From: Bacteroidota bacterium
GTDB taxonomy: Bacteria; Bacteroidota; Bacteroidia; UBA7662; JAIXUI01
Assembly: GCA_027484125.1 (NCBI GenBank)
Contig: JAIXUI010000040.1
Span: forward strand, 1,426-65,425
Length of the DNA: 64,000 nt
Direction of reading: 5' to 3'
The notes under the pieces are model-generated. The model made no database searches and was not told the origin of the DNA. It saw only the letters and a list, made by a program, of their open reading frames with translations. Shown here one piece after another: positions 42,604 to 52,030 of this stretch; position 1 is the stretch's first letter; each line of letters begins with the position of its first letter. The translations under genes were made by a program, and so were the position numbers.

Positions 42604-45288
42604 ATGAGGAAAATAAACACTCTTATCGCTATTATAATTCTATGTTGTGAATTATCCTATGGACAGCTTGGATACTTTAGTTCAGGCACCACCCAATTCT
42701 TAGGAACTTACAGCTCATTAAGTAGCACAACAGGGAACACTATTGTTACCGACTCCCTAGATAACGGACTTTCAGATTCTCTACCTATTGGATTTACCTT
42801 CCATTTTAACCAGCAAACATTCACACATTTCATTTTTGGCACGAATGGTTTTATTAAGCTCGGAAAAAGTCTTCCATCCACTCCTAATTTATTTCTCAAC
42901 CAAGCTCAACAATTCGGTTTTAGCCCTTTTAACTCACCTTCTGCAGCTGACTCGAATTTAGTTCTTCCTTTTGCGTTTGATTTAGAGCCCTCTACAGTTG
43001 TAACTCCCGATTTTCGCTATCACACTACAGGAACGATTGGAAATAGAGTTTTAACCATTCAATGGAAAGGTGTATCTGATAAAGTTCCTAGCAATGTTGC
43101 AGGAAGCCTTAAACAGTATAGCAGCCTTGAATTTCAGATTAAGCTTTTTGAAGGAAGTAATAATATCCAGTTTGTATATGGCAATTTTATCCCTACCTCC
43201 TTTACAGATCAGCCTCGTTATGCCGCAGTTGGAATTAAAGGTATTGGTAATACTTTTTCCGATTTAGTGTCGCTTCTTAAATTTTCCACAAGTGCATGGA
43301 ACAGCGCTACAGCACAAGTTTCTATCAATACATTTAATTTCAGGAATAATGTAAATCCTACAGTAGGACAAACTTTCAGTTTCAACGCAGTTTCAGTTGA
43401 TGTTATAAACCTTGGACTAATTGGAACCCCTGTAGCATGCAGCCATATTCCAATGAATCATAAAATATCATTAAAATTTAGGTGTAATGGCCCTTATCTT
43501 GTTAATCGAATAGTGGCCAATTATCAAAAAATAGGCGGGCCTATTATTACTGAAGTCATTAATAACATTGCTTCTAACAGAGACACCACTTATGAATTTC
43601 AAAGTCCATTGATAGCTTCCACTTCTGGAGATTCTGTACGTTTTTGGTTAACTACTATGAATGATTCAGACCCAACAAATAATGTTGCAGGCTGTCGATT
43701 TCCGTTATTTGGCCCGAATAGCACATTTCCCTACATACAAAACTTCAATTCCCCAAACGGTTGGAATATTGAACAAATTGCTCTGGGATCAACTGGTTCT
43801 CCTGGAAATTGGGTTTATAGAACCACACCAATTACATTTCCAGTGCCATTTTACCCTGGAAGTCCATTTCTTCACTTTGACTCCTATTCATTTCGAGAGG
43901 AAACCCGGTCTAGGTTAGTTTTTAAATGTGGATTTGACTTCAGTAATTTACAATTTCCACAAGTGTCTTTTAAAATGACAAAAGACAACAGCTACAGAGA
44001 TACCTTGCCAAACGGAAGTTTTCGGTATCCTGATAGAGTAATTCTTCTAGCTTCGACTAATAATGGAGCAACTTTTGTCGAAATAGATTCAGTATTTCGC
44101 CCGCACAGAATTCCTCATCCAAACAATCTAACATTTGATACATACATCTTCAAATTAGACTCTTTTGCCTATCAACCCAATGTAATCATTGCTCTTGACG
44201 CTGTAAGTGGCTATGGGTCAGATATTTCAATTGATTCTTTGGTCATTTCTAATACCACCGACACGTTGAAATCTTTTTCTTTACTCGCGCCAGCGAATGG
44301 AAATAGCATAAATATTCCTGCTCAGCCTTCCTTTTATACTTTCAATTGGCAAAAAAGTACTCGGTCCCTTCAAGGCCCTGTGGTCAATTATAAAATACTG
44401 TTTGCAACGGCCAATGGCAACTTCAACAATCCTATCTTCAGCATCCCCTCTAACAATAATGGGTTAGATAGCTTTTTGGTTATTTCTTGGGCAGATATCG
44501 AAAACTTCTTGGCCAATAATGGGATTTTAAATGGCCAATCTGCCAATCTTAAATGGACGGTGGAAGCCACTTCCGGAAATAGAAAAACCTTTGCAAGTAG
44601 TTCTTTTCTCATCAGCTTTACAAGACCAGCTGTTTCAGATACAATTCAACAGTTCAATTTAATTTCTCCTTCAAATAATTCAACTATAAACGTTTCAGCA
44701 GGGAATGGTTTAGCTATTGATGTACTTTGGCAAAGAACAAAAACGGTAAGCAATCAATCAATTAGATATGAATGGCTATTAGATTTTCCAACAGGAGATT
44801 TTACTAACCCAATCATTGTGCTATCAGCTAACAATTCAGGCTCAGACAGCATCCTTACCCTTACTCATGCCAACCTAGTTTCAATTCTTAATGTAAATGG
44901 TTTTTCACCCGGGCAAACTGTACCGCTCAAATGGACAACAAGGGCTCGAACATCCTGGTTGAATCGTATTGCTAGCTTGCCGCATAACCTAATTGTGAAC
45001 TTCGATTTCCCAGTTTCGGCAAATGAGATGAATTCAAAAGACCGTATCATCTTGTATCCCAACCCTTCTAAATCGGGCGAAAGCAGACTTAAATTAAATC
45101 TTGTTCAAGATTCAGAGGTGCAAATTCAAGTTACTGACCTACAAGGACGCGTTCTGAACACTAGTATAGAGAAAGAAGTAAGACAAAAAGAAATCCTCTT
45201 GCCTACTATGGGATTAAGTCCGGGCATGTATTTAGTTGTGGTACAATACGACACAGCACGAATTATTCATAAACTTCAGCTGAACTAA
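42604..45288 (+). CDS. Large T9SS-secreted multi-domain protein with two SusE-like domains
   Basis: N-terminal PIGFTFHF...GTNGFI...IQW beta-domain, two repeats homologous to the upstream gene, LYPNP..DLQGR..PGMYLV CTD; visibly AT-richer. Confidence 0.82.
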   Translation: MRKINTLIAIIILCCELSYGQLGYFSSGTTQFLGTYSSLSSTTGNTIVTDSLDNGLSDSLPIGFTFHFNQQTFTHFIFGTNGFIKLGKSLPSTPNLFLNQAQQFGFSPFNSPSAADSNLVLPFAFDLEPSTVVTPDFRYHTTGTIGNRVLTIQWKGVSDKVPSNVAGSLKQYSSLEFQIKLFEGSNNIQFVYGNFIPTSFTDQPRYAAVGIKGIGNTFSDLVSLLKFSTSAWNSATAQVSINTFNFRNNVNPTVGQTFSFNAVSVDVINLGLIGTPVACSHIPMNHKISLKFRCNGPYLVNRIVANYQKIGGPIITEVINNIASNRDTTYEFQSPLIASTSGDSVRFWLTTMNDSDPTNNVAGCRFPLFGPNSTFPYIQNFNSPNGWNIEQIALGSTGSPGNWVYRTTPITFPVPFYPGSPFLHFDSYSFREETRSRLVFKCGFDFSNLQFPQVSFKMTKDNSYRDTLPNGSFRYPDRVILLASTNNGATFVEIDSVFRPHRIPHPNNLTFDTYIFKLDSFAYQPNVIIALDAVSGYGSDISIDSLVISNTTDTLKSFSLLAPANGNSINIPAQPSFYTFNWQKSTRSLQGPVVNYKILFATANGNFNNPIFSIPSNNNGLDSFLVISWADIENFLANNGILNGQSANLKWTVEATSGNRKTFASSSFLISFTRPAVSDTIQQFNLISPSNNSTINVSAGNGLAIDVLWQRTKTVSNQSIRYEWLLDFPTGDFTNPIIVLSANNSGSDSILTLTHANLVSILNVNGFSPGQTVPLKWTTRARTSWLNRIASLPHNLIVNFDFPVSANEMNSKDRIILYPNPSKSGESRLKLNLVQDSEVQIQVTDLQGRVLNTSIEKEVRQKEILLPTMGLSPGMYLVVVQYDTARIIHKLQLN

Positions 45289-45313
45289 TCAATCACGACT
45301 TTCTTTTGCACAT

Positions 45314-45344
45314 GGGGATACACTGAAAAGGGTATCCCCTTTTT
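45314..45344 (+). terminator. Probable intrinsic terminator
   Basis: GGGGATAC...GTATCCCC stem followed by TTTTT. Confidence 0.65.
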
Positions 45345-45380
45345 CTTTCAGGGCAAAAAGGAAGGTAGTACCTTCGTCCT

Positions 45381-46586
45381 GTGAAAGAAAACCGCCCCTT
45401 CCCTATTCTGGAACTTAAATCAGGCCGGGAACGATCAGTCAAACATTTCCATCCCTGGCTCTTTTCAGGAGCAGTAAAACAGTTTCCGGTAGCTAAAGAA
45501 GGTGAAGTAGCAGAAGTTCGAACCAACCAAGGCGAAATTTTGGCCTACGGATTTATCAGCCCAAGCAGTCAGATTCTCTGTAGGTTGTTTCATTTTGGCG
45601 AAGCGCAAGACTTTGAAACCGTTGACTATTGGGCTACTAAGCTGGAAAAAGCTTTCGCCTACCGAAAAGAATTACTAAACAGGGTAGAAGGTGAAACCAA
45701 TTGCTACCGCCTGATACACGCCGAGGGCGACTTTTTCCCGGGCATCATCGCCGACGTTTACGGCGAAACCGTGGTATTGCAAGTGCTGATTAAAGGCACA
45801 GAGCTAAGACTACCTTTGATTACGGCGGCCATTACCCAAGTTACCGGGTTGAAGCGCTTTTACCTGAAAACCAAAGACAGTTCGGGTAGAATTGAAAAAA
45901 TAACCTTAAAAGCAGGCTGGCTCAACGAAGCCGAGGCTCTTCCTATGCCGCTCCAAGTTTTAGAAAATGGATTGAAGTTTCACGTTGACATTGAAAAAGG
46001 GCAGAAAACAGGATTCTTTCTAGACCAAAGAGACAACCGACAATTGGTAAGAACCCTTTCATCGGGTAAAAAAGTACTCAATGCCTTCAGCTATACCGGC
46101 GGATTCAGTCTTTATGCAGGGGCCGGAGGAGCACGAGAGGTTCATTCAGTGGATATCTCCAAAGAAGCTGTTGCACAAGGAGAAGAGAATTTTCGCCTCA
46201 ACTTTGGAACTGAAATTCCACACCAAAGCTTAGCTCAAGACTGCTTCCAATATTTACGCAGTTGCGACGAAGACTTCGACCTCATGATTTTAGATCCACC
46301 GGCTTTTGCCAAGAACGCCAAAGCAGTAGATAATGCGTGCCGCGGTTACAAAGACCTCAATCTCTCCGCCATGAGAAAAATAAAATCGGGCGGAGATTTG
46401 TTAACTTATTCCTGTTCTCAAAACATCACCCCGGATTTATTCAGAAAAGTGGTATTCGCAGCCGCGGCAGATTCAGGGAGAGAAGTGAGAATTGTGAAAA
46501 CCTTAACCCAAGCCAGTTGTCATCCCATCAACATTTACCATCCCGAAGGAGAATACCTCAAAGGACTTTGGTTAAAAGTGTATTAA
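45381..46586 (+). CDS. rlmI: RlmI/RlmK-type rRNA methyltransferase (PUA + SAM domain)
   Basis: HPWLFSGA, RLIHAEGD..PG, GQKTGFFLDQRDNR, VLNAFSYTGGF, ILDPPAFAK, TYSCS, EGEYLK. Confidence 0.85.
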   Translation: MKENRPFPILELKSGRERSVKHFHPWLFSGAVKQFPVAKEGEVAEVRTNQGEILAYGFISPSSQILCRLFHFGEAQDFETVDYWATKLEKAFAYRKELLNRVEGETNCYRLIHAEGDFFPGIIADVYGETVVLQVLIKGTELRLPLITAAITQVTGLKRFYLKTKDSSGRIEKITLKAGWLNEAEALPMPLQVLENGLKFHVDIEKGQKTGFFLDQRDNRQLVRTLSSGKKVLNAFSYTGGFSLYAGAGGAREVHSVDISKEAVAQGEENFRLNFGTEIPHQSLAQDCFQYLRSCDEDFDLMILDPPAFAKNAKAVDNACRGYKDLNLSAMRKIKSGGDLLTYSCSQNITPDLFRKVVFAAAADSGREVRIVKTLTQASCHPINIYHPEGEYLKGLWLKVY

Positions 46587-46589
46587 TCC

Positions 46590-47321
46590 ATGTATAACGA
46601 CATACGTCCGCAACCCTTTCAGCTGCTTCCGGAAGGAATTAAAAACCTGCTTATTATCAACGGACTTCTGTTCTTTGGAACAGAAGTACTTGAAGGCTAC
46701 GGCATCAAGCTAAGAGATATTTTAGGATTGCATTTGCCACAATCCGCTGCATTTGCCTTCTACCAGCCCATCACTCATCTCTTTATGCATGCAGGCATTG
46801 GGCATTTGCTCTTCAATATGCTTACACTTTGGATGTTTGGCAGCACTTTAGAAAACATCTGGGGAACCAAACGTTTTCTCCTATTCTTCTTCCTATCAGG
46901 GCTTGGAGCTGCATTTATCCATTATCTGGTAACCTATCTAGTAGAAATACGCCCCATTTTAGACGCCATCGACGGGCAGTTGAGGACAGCTTCGGGGGCA
47001 GAAGTGATGTATTTAGAAGACCAACGGGCACAAGTACTCTCAGCGCCCAACATCATCGGCGCATCCGGCGGTATTTCAGGCGTTTGGATTGCCTTCGCTT
47101 ATTTATTCCCTAACAGCTTGCTATACCTCTATTTTCTTTTCCCCATCAAGGCGAAGTATTTGGCCATTTTCTATGTGGTTTACGAGCTTTACGCGGCCTT
47201 CAGTCAGATGGCCCTTAATTCGGGCGATAACGTGGCCCACTTTGCCCACCTAGGAGGCATGTTGTTCGGATTTATTGCCGTTAAATACATCTTTCAAACC
47301 AACCGAAATCATTTTTACTGA
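46590..47321 (+). CDS. Rhomboid intramembrane serine protease
   Basis: H...HLLFNM, GASG, AHFAHLGG. Confidence 0.93.
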   Translation: MYNDIRPQPFQLLPEGIKNLLIINGLLFFGTEVLEGYGIKLRDILGLHLPQSAAFAFYQPITHLFMHAGIGHLLFNMLTLWMFGSTLENIWGTKRFLLFFFLSGLGAAFIHYLVTYLVEIRPILDAIDGQLRTASGAEVMYLEDQRAQVLSAPNIIGASGGISGVWIAFAYLFPNSLLYLYFLFPIKAKYLAIFYVVYELYAAFSQMALNSGDNVAHFAHLGGMLFGFIAVKYIFQTNRNHFY

Positions 47322-48223
47322 TGGCACAATCGCTTTTTGAAGACATAAAAAGCACTTTTTCGAGGCGTGACGATTCTCTTACCAAGCTCATCATCCTCAA
47401 CGTTGCCATTTTCGTACTCGTCAGTTTTGTAGACGTTACGATAAAATTGCTGCAACTCAACAGCCAACTCAGCTTCGACATCTTCCGGTGGTTGAGCGTA
47501 CCAGCTTCTTTAAATGAACTGCTTTATAAACCATGGACGCTAATCACCTACATGTTTTTGCATAGAGGTTTCTTCCATTTGCTATTCAACATGTTGTGGT
47601 TCTATTGGATCGGGCAGATTTTCCAAGAGTACCTAGGTTCTAAAAAACTCATGGCCGCCTATTTCACCGGTGGGTTAGTGGGCGCGCTGGTATTCATCAT
47701 TGCCTATAACGTATTTCCACTTTTTAGCCCAATAAGGGATGTTGCAACCGCTGTAGGTGCTTCTGCCGGCGTGCTGGCAATCGTAGTAGGTGCAGCCACC
47801 CTGTTGCCCGATTACCGCATCAGACTATTGCTTTTCGGAGATGTTCCTTTGAAATATTTGGCATTGGCATCGGTTGTACTCGATGTACTTTCAGTTGCCG
47901 GAGAAAATGCCGGTGGTGCATTTGCCCACTTAGGAGGTGCAGCTTTCGGGTTTGTTTACATTAAGCAATTGAGAGAAGGCAGGGATTTAGGAGCTTGGTT
48001 CAATCAATTGATGGCCCTCACAGACAGAAAAGCAAAACCCGCAAAAAGAACCAGCCCGGTATCCAAGCCACCCTTGTCCAAAACAACCGTTGGGCCCGAC
48101 TCCTCTAAATCACCATCCCAAGCAGAGATAGATGCCATTTTGGACAAAATCTCTGAAAAAGGCTATGATGCGCTAACGGCGGAGGAAAAAGCATTGCTCT
48201 TCAGAGCTGGCGGAAAAAGATAA
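47321..48223 (+). CDS. Rhomboid intramembrane serine protease with C-terminal helical extension
   Basis: HLLFNM, GASAG, AHLGGA; C-terminal IDAILDKISEKGYDALT.EEK..L. Confidence 0.93.
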   Translation: MAQSLFEDIKSTFSRRDDSLTKLIILNVAIFVLVSFVDVTIKLLQLNSQLSFDIFRWLSVPASLNELLYKPWTLITYMFLHRGFFHLLFNMLWFYWIGQIFQEYLGSKKLMAAYFTGGLVGALVFIIAYNVFPLFSPIRDVATAVGASAGVLAIVVGAATLLPDYRIRLLLFGDVPLKYLALASVVLDVLSVAGENAGGAFAHLGGAAFGFVYIKQLREGRDLGAWFNQLMALTDRKAKPAKRTSPVSKPPLSKTTVGPDSSKSPSQAEIDAILDKISEKGYDALTAEEKALLFRAGGKR

Positions 48224-48225
48224 AA

Positions 48226-49332
48226 GTGAAAATTATCGGTGTACTCAAGCAACTGCGGTTCTCGCTATTTAGCCTGAATATCCTTTGGGTGATATTCAGC
48301 CTTTGTTGCTACCTAAGCGGTTGGGTCAATCCGGTTTTGTTTTGGCCAGTCCATTTCCTCAGCTATTGCTCTTACCTACTATTGGTTGGCCATATCGGCT
48401 TTTTACTATGGTGGATTAGCAGTAAGCGCTATCAGAGGCTCTTGATATCCTTGGTTTGCTTGCTTATTGGAGCACCTTATTTCAGCCCTATGTTTCAGTG
48501 GCGATTTTCTGATGATCCCCAAAATCGCAATCCGGGAAGCGTGCGCATGCTAACCTACAACTTGCAGCTATTCCGTCATAGCAGTAGCAAAAACCCACAA
48601 CCTACCATCGATTCTATTCGAAACTTTATCTTCAAGTATCAGCCTGATGTTATTTGTTTTCAGGAATACTCCACCTACCTAAGAAAACGTTGGCAACAAA
48701 AACTAACACAAAACTTGGCCGATAGTGGATACCGTTATTACCACGTGTCCATTATTAGAAAAACCGACAACGAAGCACAAGGCATGGCCATCTTTAGCAA
48801 GTTTCCAATTATTGGAAAAGGCAGCATCTCGCTTCGAAAAATATCCAAACTCAACGGCTGCATCTATGCAGATATCGTGCTTCCACAAGACACCTTTCGC
48901 GTTTACAACCTCCATCTACAGAGCAACCTGATAAAAACAGAAGAGTATTCCTACATGAATGAGGTAAAAGAAGACTCCTACCTACAAAGGATGATCGTCA
49001 TTCGTGTACTGAGAAAAATTAAGGAAGCAGTCATCAAGCGCAGTCAGCAAGCGGCCGGTATTTCATCAGCCATTCGCCAATCCCCATTTCCTGCCATTGT
49101 AATGGGCGATTTCAACGACCCACCGAGCAGTTATGTTTACCGAATACTGAGAAACCAGTTAAATGACCCCTTTGTAACTACAGGATCAGGGAGAGGAGGA
49201 ACCTATAACGGACCATTGCCAACATTCAGAATCGACTATTTACTTCATGATACCAAGCTCAATGCGGAAGCCTATTATCAACTTAAGCCTGACTTTTCAG
49301 ACCATTTTCCAGTAATGATAGACTTCAAGTAA
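48226..49332 (+). CDS. Membrane-anchored endonuclease/exonuclease/phosphatase family protein
   Basis: TYN, DVICFQE, HLQS, MGDFND, RIDY, SDHFPV. Confidence 0.92.
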   Translation: MKIIGVLKQLRFSLFSLNILWVIFSLCCYLSGWVNPVLFWPVHFLSYCSYLLLVGHIGFLLWWISSKRYQRLLISLVCLLIGAPYFSPMFQWRFSDDPQNRNPGSVRMLTYNLQLFRHSSSKNPQPTIDSIRNFIFKYQPDVICFQEYSTYLRKRWQQKLTQNLADSGYRYYHVSIIRKTDNEAQGMAIFSKFPIIGKGSISLRKISKLNGCIYADIVLPQDTFRVYNLHLQSNLIKTEEYSYMNEVKEDSYLQRMIVIRVLRKIKEAVIKRSQQAAGISSAIRQSPFPAIVMGDFNDPPSSYVYRILRNQLNDPFVTTGSGRGGTYNGPLPTFRIDYLLHDTKLNAEAYYQLKPDFSDHFPVMIDFK

Positions 49333-49409
49333 TGTGAAGATTTCAACCCCTGCAAATTACTCTGAATAAAGGGATTATTTCTCTACCTTTGCAGCACTTT
49401 CCGGGACTT

Positions 49410-50372
49410 ATGGGCAACTTTTCAGACCGACCTACCAAGATTTTCGCGGGCGAATCCTCTCGATATTTAGCAGAAGAAATCGCACGCGCTTACGGTAGCC
49501 CACTGGGCGATAAGTCGTTGAGCCGATTCAGCGACGGAGAGTTTCAGCCCTGCTTCAATGAATCCGTAAGAGGCGCCGACGTTTTCCTGATTCAATCTAC
49601 CTTCGCTCCACAAGACAACTTGATGGAGCTTTTGCTTATGATTGATGCAGCAAAACGCGCTTCAGCTCATTACATCACAGCGGTTATCCCGTATTTCGGG
49701 CTGGCCCGTCAAGATCGAAAAGACAAACCCCGTGTAGCCATAGGCGCTCGCTTGGTTGCAGACATGATTTCCAAAGCCGGCGTATATCGCGTGATGACGA
49801 TGGATTTGCATGCCGCACAAATTCAAGGCTTTTTTAGTGTTCCCGTTGATCACCTTGACTCATCCACCATTTTCATCCCTTATATCAAACAGCTAAAGCT
49901 GGAAAACCTCACCATAGCGGCACCCGACATGGGCGCTGCGCCCAGAGCCAGGGTGTTCACCAAACACCTAGGCTGCGATATGGTGGTTTGCGATAAAACC
50001 CGAGCCCGCGCTAATGTCATTGAAAGCATTACACTCATCGGAGATGTGAAAGACCGCGATGTTGTGATTGTGGATGACATAGTTGACACCGCCGGAACTA
50101 TTTGCAAAGTGGCGGATGAAATGATGAGAAAAGGCGCTCGTAGTGTTAGAGCCATGTGTACTCATCCGGTTCTTTCAGGCAAAGCCTATCAAAACATTGA
50201 AAACTCCGCGCTCACCGAGCTCGTTGTTACTAATACCATTCCGCTTAAACAGGAATCAAGCAAGATTAAAGTGCTCAGCGTAGCCGACATCTTCGCCAAA
50301 ACCATTCAAAGCGTGACTGAAAACACCTCCATCAGTCACCTGTTCGAAATTTCAGTAAGACAAAACCCATAA
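49410..50372 (+). CDS. prs: Ribose-phosphate pyrophosphokinase
   Basis: FSDGE, PYFGLARQDRK, DLHAAQIQGFF, VDDIVDTAGT. Start ATG 49410; TACCTTTG at 49384-49391. Confidence 0.97.
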   Translation: MGNFSDRPTKIFAGESSRYLAEEIARAYGSPLGDKSLSRFSDGEFQPCFNESVRGADVFLIQSTFAPQDNLMELLLMIDAAKRASAHYITAVIPYFGLARQDRKDKPRVAIGARLVADMISKAGVYRVMTMDLHAAQIQGFFSVPVDHLDSSTIFIPYIKQLKLENLTIAAPDMGAAPRARVFTKHLGCDMVVCDKTRARANVIESITLIGDVKDRDVVIVDDIVDTAGTICKVADEMMRKGARSVRAMCTHPVLSGKAYQNIENSALTELVVTNTIPLKQESSKIKVLSVADIFAKTIQSVTENTSISHLFEISVRQNP

Positions 50373-50381
50373 TTAAATAAC

Positions 50382-50942
50382 ATGAAAACAGTCCAATTGA
50401 GCGGTTCCGTTCGCCGGAACGTAGGGAAGAAGGACGCAGCGGTTCTCCGCAGCGCTGGTTACGTTCCCTGTGTACTTTACGGAGGAAGTGGCCAGACGCA
50501 TTTTTATGCCGTGGCTTACGACCTCGAGCAAATCATCAACAGCCCCGATACTTATGTAGTGGAGGTTGAAGTAGAAGGCAAAAAAAGCAAGGCCATCATC
50601 CAAGAAAAACAATTCCACCCGGTTTCTGATGCTATCATGCACGTTGACTTCATGGAAGTTACTGAGGATAAGCCGGTAAAAACCCAGCTTCCGGTTGCTT
50701 ATATAGGCACTTCTCCTGGTGTTCGCGCCGGTGGTAAATTGGTGACTAACATGCGTCGCTTGAAAGTGAAAGGCCTTTTGGCTAACCTTCCAGAGCGCAT
50801 TACCATCGACATCAGCCAACTTGAACTTGGAAAAGTTATCCGTGTGAAGGAAGTTCAAGCTGAGAACTACCAGATTCTGGATGCTCCCAACAACCCAATT
50901 TGTATCATCAACGTTCCACGCGGTCTTCGCGGTAACGCTTAA
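50382..50942 (+). CDS. rplY: 50S ribosomal protein bL25/Ctc
   Basis: GKK....LR..G.VPCVLYG, QFHPVSD..HVDF, GVRAGG. Confidence 0.96.
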   Translation: MKTVQLSGSVRRNVGKKDAAVLRSAGYVPCVLYGGSGQTHFYAVAYDLEQIINSPDTYVVEVEVEGKKSKAIIQEKQFHPVSDAIMHVDFMEVTEDKPVKTQLPVAYIGTSPGVRAGGKLVTNMRRLKVKGLLANLPERITIDISQLELGKVIRVKEVQAENYQILDAPNNPICIINVPRGLRGNA

Positions 50943-50956
50943 ACCCCTTAATTCGG

Positions 50957-51532
50957 GTGAAATACCTGATTGTTGGCCTTGGTAATCCAGGCCCGGAGTA
51001 TGCCGATACCCGCCACAACATCGGCTTTATGGTACTGGACGCCCTCGCTGGGGCGTCCGGTGCTGTTTTCAGGGATGGCCGTTATGGCAGCTTTACCGAA
51101 GTAAAATATGCCGGAAAGCTGTTAGTTCTCCTGAAACCCAATACTTTCATGAACTTATCCGGCAAGGCCGTCCGATATTGGATGGAGCAAGAAAAAGTAC
51201 CGCTAGAAAGGGTACTGGTCATCACCGACGATATAGCCTTGCCTACCGCTACCCTGCGTCTCCGTGCCCAAGGGAGTGATGGCGGACACAATGGACTTAA
51301 AAGCATCAATGCACTGGTTCAAAGCCAGCAATATCCTCGTTTAAGATTTGGTGTAGGGAATAACTTCGCTAAAGGGCACCAAGCTGATTATGTGTTAGCC
51401 CCGTTTGAACAAGAGGAACTTCATGCCGTACAATTATCGATTGAAAGAGCCGTTGAACTCTGCAAATACTTACCTATTCATGGTATTGGAGCAACTATGA
51501 CAAAATATAATAAATATTCAACACCCGAATAA
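50957..51532 (+). CDS. pth: Peptidyl-tRNA hydrolase
   Basis: LIVGLGNPG.EY..TRHNIGF, KPNTFMNLSG, DD, GGHNGLKSI, RLRFGV. Confidence 0.98.
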   Translation: MKYLIVGLGNPGPEYADTRHNIGFMVLDALAGASGAVFRDGRYGSFTEVKYAGKLLVLLKPNTFMNLSGKAVRYWMEQEKVPLERVLVITDDIALPTATLRLRAQGSDGGHNGLKSINALVQSQQYPRLRFGVGNNFAKGHQADYVLAPFEQEELHAVQLSIERAVELCKYLPIHGIGATMTKYNKYSTPE

Positions 51533-51630
51533 ATTATTCAAAGTAAGAAACAGCCAATTCATCGAAAGCCTCTCAAGCGTATCACAAATTTTGCTTTAAC
51601 AAATATGTTTTGCGTTTACTTAGCGGCACA

Positions 51631-51990
51631 ATGGACTTGGTAGAAATATTCTTTTTGGCACTTATACTCGCCTCAACTGCCTATCTCTTTTATCAGTTTG
51701 TTTACAAAAACGATATAAAACAGATTGACAGTGAAATCTCGGTGCAACGAGAAATCCTTTTGAGACAGTCTTCAAAAGATAGTAAGAGGACCAAAGCTTA
51801 CGCTCACCTCAGCATCGACCAGCTCAATCACTTACTTGACGAACTTCATAAAATAGCCACCAAGCGCTATTACAGAGAATCACTTGACACCGACCAACAG
51901 ATTATGCTCAAAAAGTACCGCCGTTCTGTGGATAATGAGCTGAGAATCATCAAGGACTCCGTAAAAAAACAAATGAAGAAATCCGGGTAA
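51631..51990 (+). CDS. Hypothetical small protein with N-terminal membrane anchor
   Basis: ATG 51631; hydrophobic EIFFLALILASTAYLFY then a basic helical region. Confidence 0.6.
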   Translation: MDLVEIFFLALILASTAYLFYQFVYKNDIKQIDSEISVQREILLRQSSKDSKRTKAYAHLSIDQLNHLLDELHKIATKRYYRESLDTDQQIMLKKYRRSVDNELRIIKDSVKKQMKKSG

Positions 51991-52030
51991 GTTAGCATTC
52001 AGCAACTTCCTATTTTCTATCTTAGAACCG

